A stretch of 63,911 bases of DNA, filler included, from Trypethelium eluteriae (Eukaryota): the NCBI GenBank assembly GCA_051942245.1. It is 5 parts of 5 records of this genome, joined end to end, with 100 filler letters (N's around TTAATTAATTAA, not from the genome) between each part and the next. Parts side by side here need not be neighbours in the genome. Positions count along the whole stretch, not along the records: positions 51,679 to 63,911 come from JAVECL010000778.1; 4 more parts are not named here. One strand, 5' to 3'. Numbering within the stretch: position 1 is the first letter of the stretch; the number at the start of each line of letters is the position of its first letter. Below are positions 58,974 through 63,911 of the stretch, in pieces. Made by a program: the position numbers and the translations under genes. Below the pieces are notes generated by a model. The model saw only the letters and a list, made by a program, of their open reading frames with translations. It had not been told where the DNA came from and searched no databases.

Positions 58974-59909
58974 GTGGGAGGGAAGTGGAACGAGGCTTGT
59001 GAATTGAAAGAGACGAGACAGTGGCGGGGAGGAGAACATGGAAAAGGGACGGGGAATCATTGTTATAAGATGGCGAATGGCGAAGATGAATTCTTGCCAC
59101 AACATCCATGCAAGTTGAGGCATAGACCACTGAATATGTACATTTAAGTAGCTCTACGAAATTGCAGAGAACTAATAATTTGTGCTCTGAACTATTGTTG
59201 ATGATACCGCTTTTAGATCCTAACTCATGGAGCGAGACCAAAATTCAAGCTGGAATAAGATGATTGTGTGGATCACTGCTTGTCCTTGCTACAATCTGTA
59301 TAGTATCGGCACATGCAAGTTAACCCATCTTTCTGTTATGTGATTCATCGATGCTATCGATTCTGGCAGGTGGAGCACAGCTCGGTTTGGAGGTAGTCGC
59401 TAGGGTGGATTCAGATGCAGGCTCATCCCTGGATTCTAGGTGTATACAGCTTCTAGCAGCCACCTAGATTCTAGAGAATCCGTCCTCTTCTCTGATTTCA
59501 TGTCACTACAATTGCATAATAAATACGTTCTTTAATAAGTGACAAGAAAAAAAAAATAGCTTCTTATCTACATTGAATAAATCCACAACTTTTAGGAACA
59601 CTTGTGTACACTGATATTCATACGTTGCATTCTCAGAAGAGATAACTGGTGCAGTCGCTCTTACTCATTGAGGGGCCACATGAATTCCCGATCAATCTTG
59701 CAGAAGTACACTGGTTATGAAATTCTGGATTTTAGAATAAATTGACTGGGGGTCTCCTAGACTGGATTTTATAATAATAGAAATCGTCGACCAGTCTTCC
59801 AAGAATACACTCGTCATGAAATTCCGCTTTGGCCAAATCGGGCGTGCCGCTTTTTGTGTCACTCGCGTCATGGGTTAAGGTTATCACTGGTACTTGTGAG
59901 CCCAGGTCG

Positions 59910-62837
59910 TTAACCTTCCGCATTCGCGGAAGATGATTCGAGTCCGAATTCTCCTCTAATATCTTCTTCTCCTTCGCAGGGGGAGGCATAAAGGTCCAGA
60001 ATATCCTGCTCGTCGAATATATCTTCACTGTCTTCTATTGGAAATTCCTCATCAGCTTCGCAAGAAGCATCATCTTCATCATCGATGCTGTAAACTTCTT
60101 GCTCGATCACGGACCCACGTTGCTGCCGTCGCTCCAGAGAGAACATCCTTGGGTCTTCTGGACAGTTAGGAGGCCAGCTTGGAGGATCGTACCAATATGG
60201 ACAAAGATGCTCCATCCCACACCAGAGCTTCTCAAAGTCTTGGCGACTATAGTTCTGATGTTTCTGATCGTACCAAGGTTTTCTTGGGGCACAGTACGCT
60301 TTCCGAAGTTCGGCGATGTCATACCCGTACTCCGTTAAGATAGAGTCCCACAGATCTCCCTTGAACCCACCCACCTGCCCTTCGTGTTCGTGATATTTCT
60401 CGTCAAATCCCGCTCTCATAACTGTGATGCCCCTTTCGTCCCGTGTAGATAAGTTTGCACCGTTCGAGAGCAAGAACTTCAGAATCTCTTTACAGCAATT
60501 CTGCTGGCAAGGCTTGGCCGCTGACAATAGATCGTGCATCAATGTAGCCGCAGGTAGCTCCATATTCTCATGGTCAACTTGGAAAACACCATTGATATCC
60601 ATTCCTCTCTCAGAGAGAGTTTTTAGAAGTTCGATCCAGTGTGCCAGATTACATGGAGGAGACTCGATACCGGGTGCTATATGTCGCATAAAGCTATCTT
60701 CACCTACAAGACCTGTCTTGATATCGATAAATCCTGGATCGAGGTCAAGCAGGCATTGCAAGCCTTGCTGTACGCTGTCAGTCCAAGCAAACATGGCCGT
60801 GATTATAAAAGGGAGACTAATTACCGGATCTGGGTAGGCCCATATGTTTCCAATGGCGCGCCGCCTCGATTGGGGACCCACCCCGAATTTATGAGGAATC
60901 GTTGGGTCTGCACCTGCTTCAAGCAACAATTTTCGGCACTCCGTCCTTGTTGCGGCTCCGGAGTCTTGGTCAACCATGCTAGCACGATACCATGTAAGTT
61001 TCACTCCTCTGCACATCGCTGGAATAAACGTACTCGTATTCTAGTTTCTTACACATCACATTCTCGTCGATGTCTACCCCAGCTTCGATAAGAAACTTAG
61101 TCATTGCCGGTTGTTCCAGAGCATACTGCTTTTTTTTAGTATAGGTCGAAGCATACCTTACCGTGGTTGGGGGGCTCCTCAACTGGTAATTAATACAATG
61201 TTATTTCGACTTACTGTTATGACCTTGCTGGTCAATGTTAACACCGCCTTAACATGGGCCAACATGGTCATAACAGTTGAACTGAGGTAACATTGTATTA
61301 ATTACCAGTTGAGGAACCCCCCAGCCGCGGTAAGGTAGTCATGATAGCTCTTACATTGAGAAGTGGGACGCCGTGCGTGTCATGGTCCCACACTGTGGCC
61401 TCGCCCTTCTGAAGCATAGTAAGGAAGCCTTTCATGTTTCCTCGTCGCACATACTCGAACACTTCGGCGCCACGCTCATGTACGATGCCTACACAGAGCC
61501 GAGGACTGAAGGAGAAAAATCCGTCGCGTTTTGCACGCTGATGAAAGCTAATGTTCAGAGTTGCGTTGTTTAGTCGGGGGTGATCCAACATCACGGTCAA
61601 CATTGCTATAAATTCTTTCTCCCGTGAGGCACTTTCTGCATCTTCCCGAAAGAGTTGTCTACGTCTTGTTGTTAGCGTGAAAGTTCCGTATACTGTCATA
61701 AGCTTCTTCATCTGCTGTTCCTGAACGATCCTGGTTTGCTTCGGTATCGCTGTCGCACTGCCTAGCGAGCACATAAGTAGGATATCGCCGTAGTCGTAAA
61801 TGAGAGGTTTGCGTACTGGCTTTGTTGACTTGAATGGAATCTGCACAGGTAAGCAATCCCTTCGTGTACTTTAGATCGCATGTGTTGAATGGCGGAGTCT
61901 CCTTCCGTGATAGCTCTGGTGTATGTGAACCCTTAGAGTCTTCTACTTCGTACAACATCTGTTCCGATATAGACTCGAGCAATGCCTCCAGGTCGTCAAT
62001 TATTTCCTGTGTATCTCCGTTGAAGCTTATATCCTCTTCTTGCGTAGAAAGCTTGCAGAGCCGATCAATGCTGCTTAAGACTTTCTCATATTCAGTCAGT
62101 GGCTCGGCAGCTCTCACGTCTTTGGAAACATCACAACGTCTTTGCTTGTTCGTACAAGCATTGGCTTGGATACTGGGGGACCCTTGAGAGAGCCGTTCTC
62201 GAAATGATCTCAGAAGCTCAAAGATATGTTCAAGTTGGTTCCGAGACATTCCTTCCATCCGCTCGACCTTCGCATTTAACAGATCGAGTTCTTTTCGAAG
62301 CTCTGCATGTCTCTGTGTGGAATCTTCTCTCAGCTCTTCAACCTGGTCATGAACGGTATCCAACTTCGAGCTATGGTGCTGTATCTGCGTCGAGTTTCGC
62401 TGAACGTAGCTCGTCAGTAGTAAGCCTATGTTCACCTCAATTACATCGACATGCAGGTTGACCTCTGTCCAGATTTTTTCCAACTCTTTCTCTTTCAAAA
62501 TTGTCTTGACCTGCTTCCATGCTCTACCTACTAGGCTATCATTGCGGACGATCTGAATTCTTTGAATGGTGTTCTCATATCGCTTGCAATCTTCTTGACA
62601 AAGCCTGATAATAGTGGAAAGGGCTTCTAGATCAGCTCTTTCACGGGCGAATCGTACTGCCGGACTCTTGGAGACTTTTCGCAACACTAGGTGAAGCTTG
62701 CGTATCGCGGTAACCAGACTTTGGACCAGTCTCGGCTGATGCTTGACGGTTGAAAGGGTTTGATAGACGAATTTAGTAGACTTTAGCGCAGCTTCCGCAA
62801 ATGCGACCACACTTGTCACGATACTGACGACATCCAT
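59910..62837 (-). CDS. HeLo-like (fungal STAND N-terminal) domain plus ankyrin-repeat protein with no NACHT; multi-exon
   Basis: Helical N-terminus MDVVSIVTSVVAFAEAALK; VFEYVRRGN..LQKGEATVWDHDTHGVPLL; FLIEAGVDID; LLLEAGADPT; FLLSNGANLSTRD; acidic tail. Confidence 0.78.
61156..61335. mobile_element. 180-bp foldback MITE flanked by TA, inside intron 61126-61354 of the HeLo-like/ANK gene
   Basis: TA-ccttaccgtggttggggggctcctcaactggtaattaatacaatgtta...taacattgtattaattaccagttgaggaaccccccagccgcggtaagg-TA. The arms pair almost to the centre (loop caccgcc). Confidence 0.9.
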
Positions 62838-63527
62838 GGCCGGTGATCATGTAGGAACATGAGGCCGAGACACATCGTGGAGTTGGAAGCAGATGCATAA
62901 ATCAATGTCAAACTGTCTGCAATGGCTGTGAGGTACTTAACTATCGCGTTCCACTCAGGCCTTTTCCGTGCCCTTTCTTTCAAGCCTCAACACCTACATC
63001 TGGGTTTCTTTGGCTGATTCGCCTAGATCCCTACCCGTTCTAAGCGATCAAGCCGACGTAGGCGAAGCTTATTCGACCGCTTGCTTGCCAAGCATCAGTA
63101 GACATCTTCTGCTTCATTGTCATGACCTAACGCATATTTCAGCTGGGCAGTCATTAATGACAAGGCGTCCGGCTGCGGCCTTGGGCGCCAACATTTGCAG
63201 TCTGGATTTTGAAGATGGAAGATGTACTGGCTGTGGGGGCCGCCAACTAGATCAAGCTAACCCAGACCAGGGTTAGACGCCAAGAGCCCATCATACTACA
63301 TGCCGGCACTAATATAATCTGGTATTGCACCAGCCGTGAGATGCGCCTCATTTCTCTGGAGTTCAGTGGTGCTAGCTGCCTGAAGCAGATCAAGATCCTA
63401 GCTCGCCCTGGGAGAGAAATGCGAAACAATCGCTGCTTTAAGATATGGCACAAACCTGGAGCTTCGCAGATCTTGGGCGTCCTGCAGCACAACCCATCCA
63501 AGGTAAGGTAAAGATCTTAGTTCAGTA

Positions 63528-63606
63528 CTCCGTACCAGGACAAAAGTGTTCGGGCAACCCCCAGCAATTTTGCGGTATCAACGGGCGGACACTTTTCGCA
63601 TAACTG
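63528..63606. mobile_element. Intergenic copy of the ~80-bp MITE-like element found in the PRP8 intron
   Basis: TA-ctccgtaccaggacaaaagtgttcgggcaacccccagcaatttt..gcggacacttttcgcataactg-TA; internal inverted repeat aaaagtgttcg/cggacactttt. Confidence 0.75.
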
Positions 63607-63911
63607 TACAATATGAAGCAAGAGATTATGGAGTGTTTTTCTACTGTTATCTTATAACCTGTATCACCCGATAGAATCCTGCTAAGTTATAAGACAAGCG
63701 GTAGTCAGCGTGAATCTTGGTGTTGCTCCGTGAGTTAGGATCTGAAAGGGGTATCATCAACAAGACGGAGTAGTATTCTCAAATCCACCAATCCGAACGC
63801 CGTCTTTGTTCCCATTCCAGCCATGTGACCCATATCAATCGCCTTTATTCATACTTCCCGACTTGTGTCCATCTAAGACACGTCTTCTCACCCCACCGTC
63901 TCTCCCCTCCC

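Overview
Eukaryotic DNA from a filamentous ascomycete (Pezizomycotina; short GT-AG introns with CTRAY branch points; RIP-damaged repeats). The window is not one locus. It is five contigs joined by artificial N44-TTAATTAATTAA-N44 linkers, and the first four fall in descending size (>=12841, 12827, 12811, 12799 bp), so gene neighbourhoods only mean something within a contig. Recognisable genes: an epoxide hydrolase-like protein, S-adenosylmethionine decarboxylase (SPE2), a scramblase/AIM25 homolog, an RTT103-type CID protein, clathrin light chain, a DUF6590 protein, pirin, ferroportin, a Goodbye-NACHT NLR cut by a RIP-decayed hAT transposon, a sphingoid base kinase C-terminus, intein-free PRP8, a HeLo-like/ankyrin protein and several secreted or membrane unknowns. 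Best leads: (1) the structured SPE2 leader has an AUU-initiated uORF in GCCACC context ending Pro-Pro-stop, a candidate polyamine/eIF5A-sensing switch; (2) a small Tc1/mariner-like element fills the PRP8 intron beside the empty intein site and recurs 7 kb away; (3) a 180-bp TA-flanked foldback MITE sits in an intron; (4) an otherwise intact gene has a single in-frame TGA; (5) C-rich to G-rich skew inversions recur inside coding sequences.
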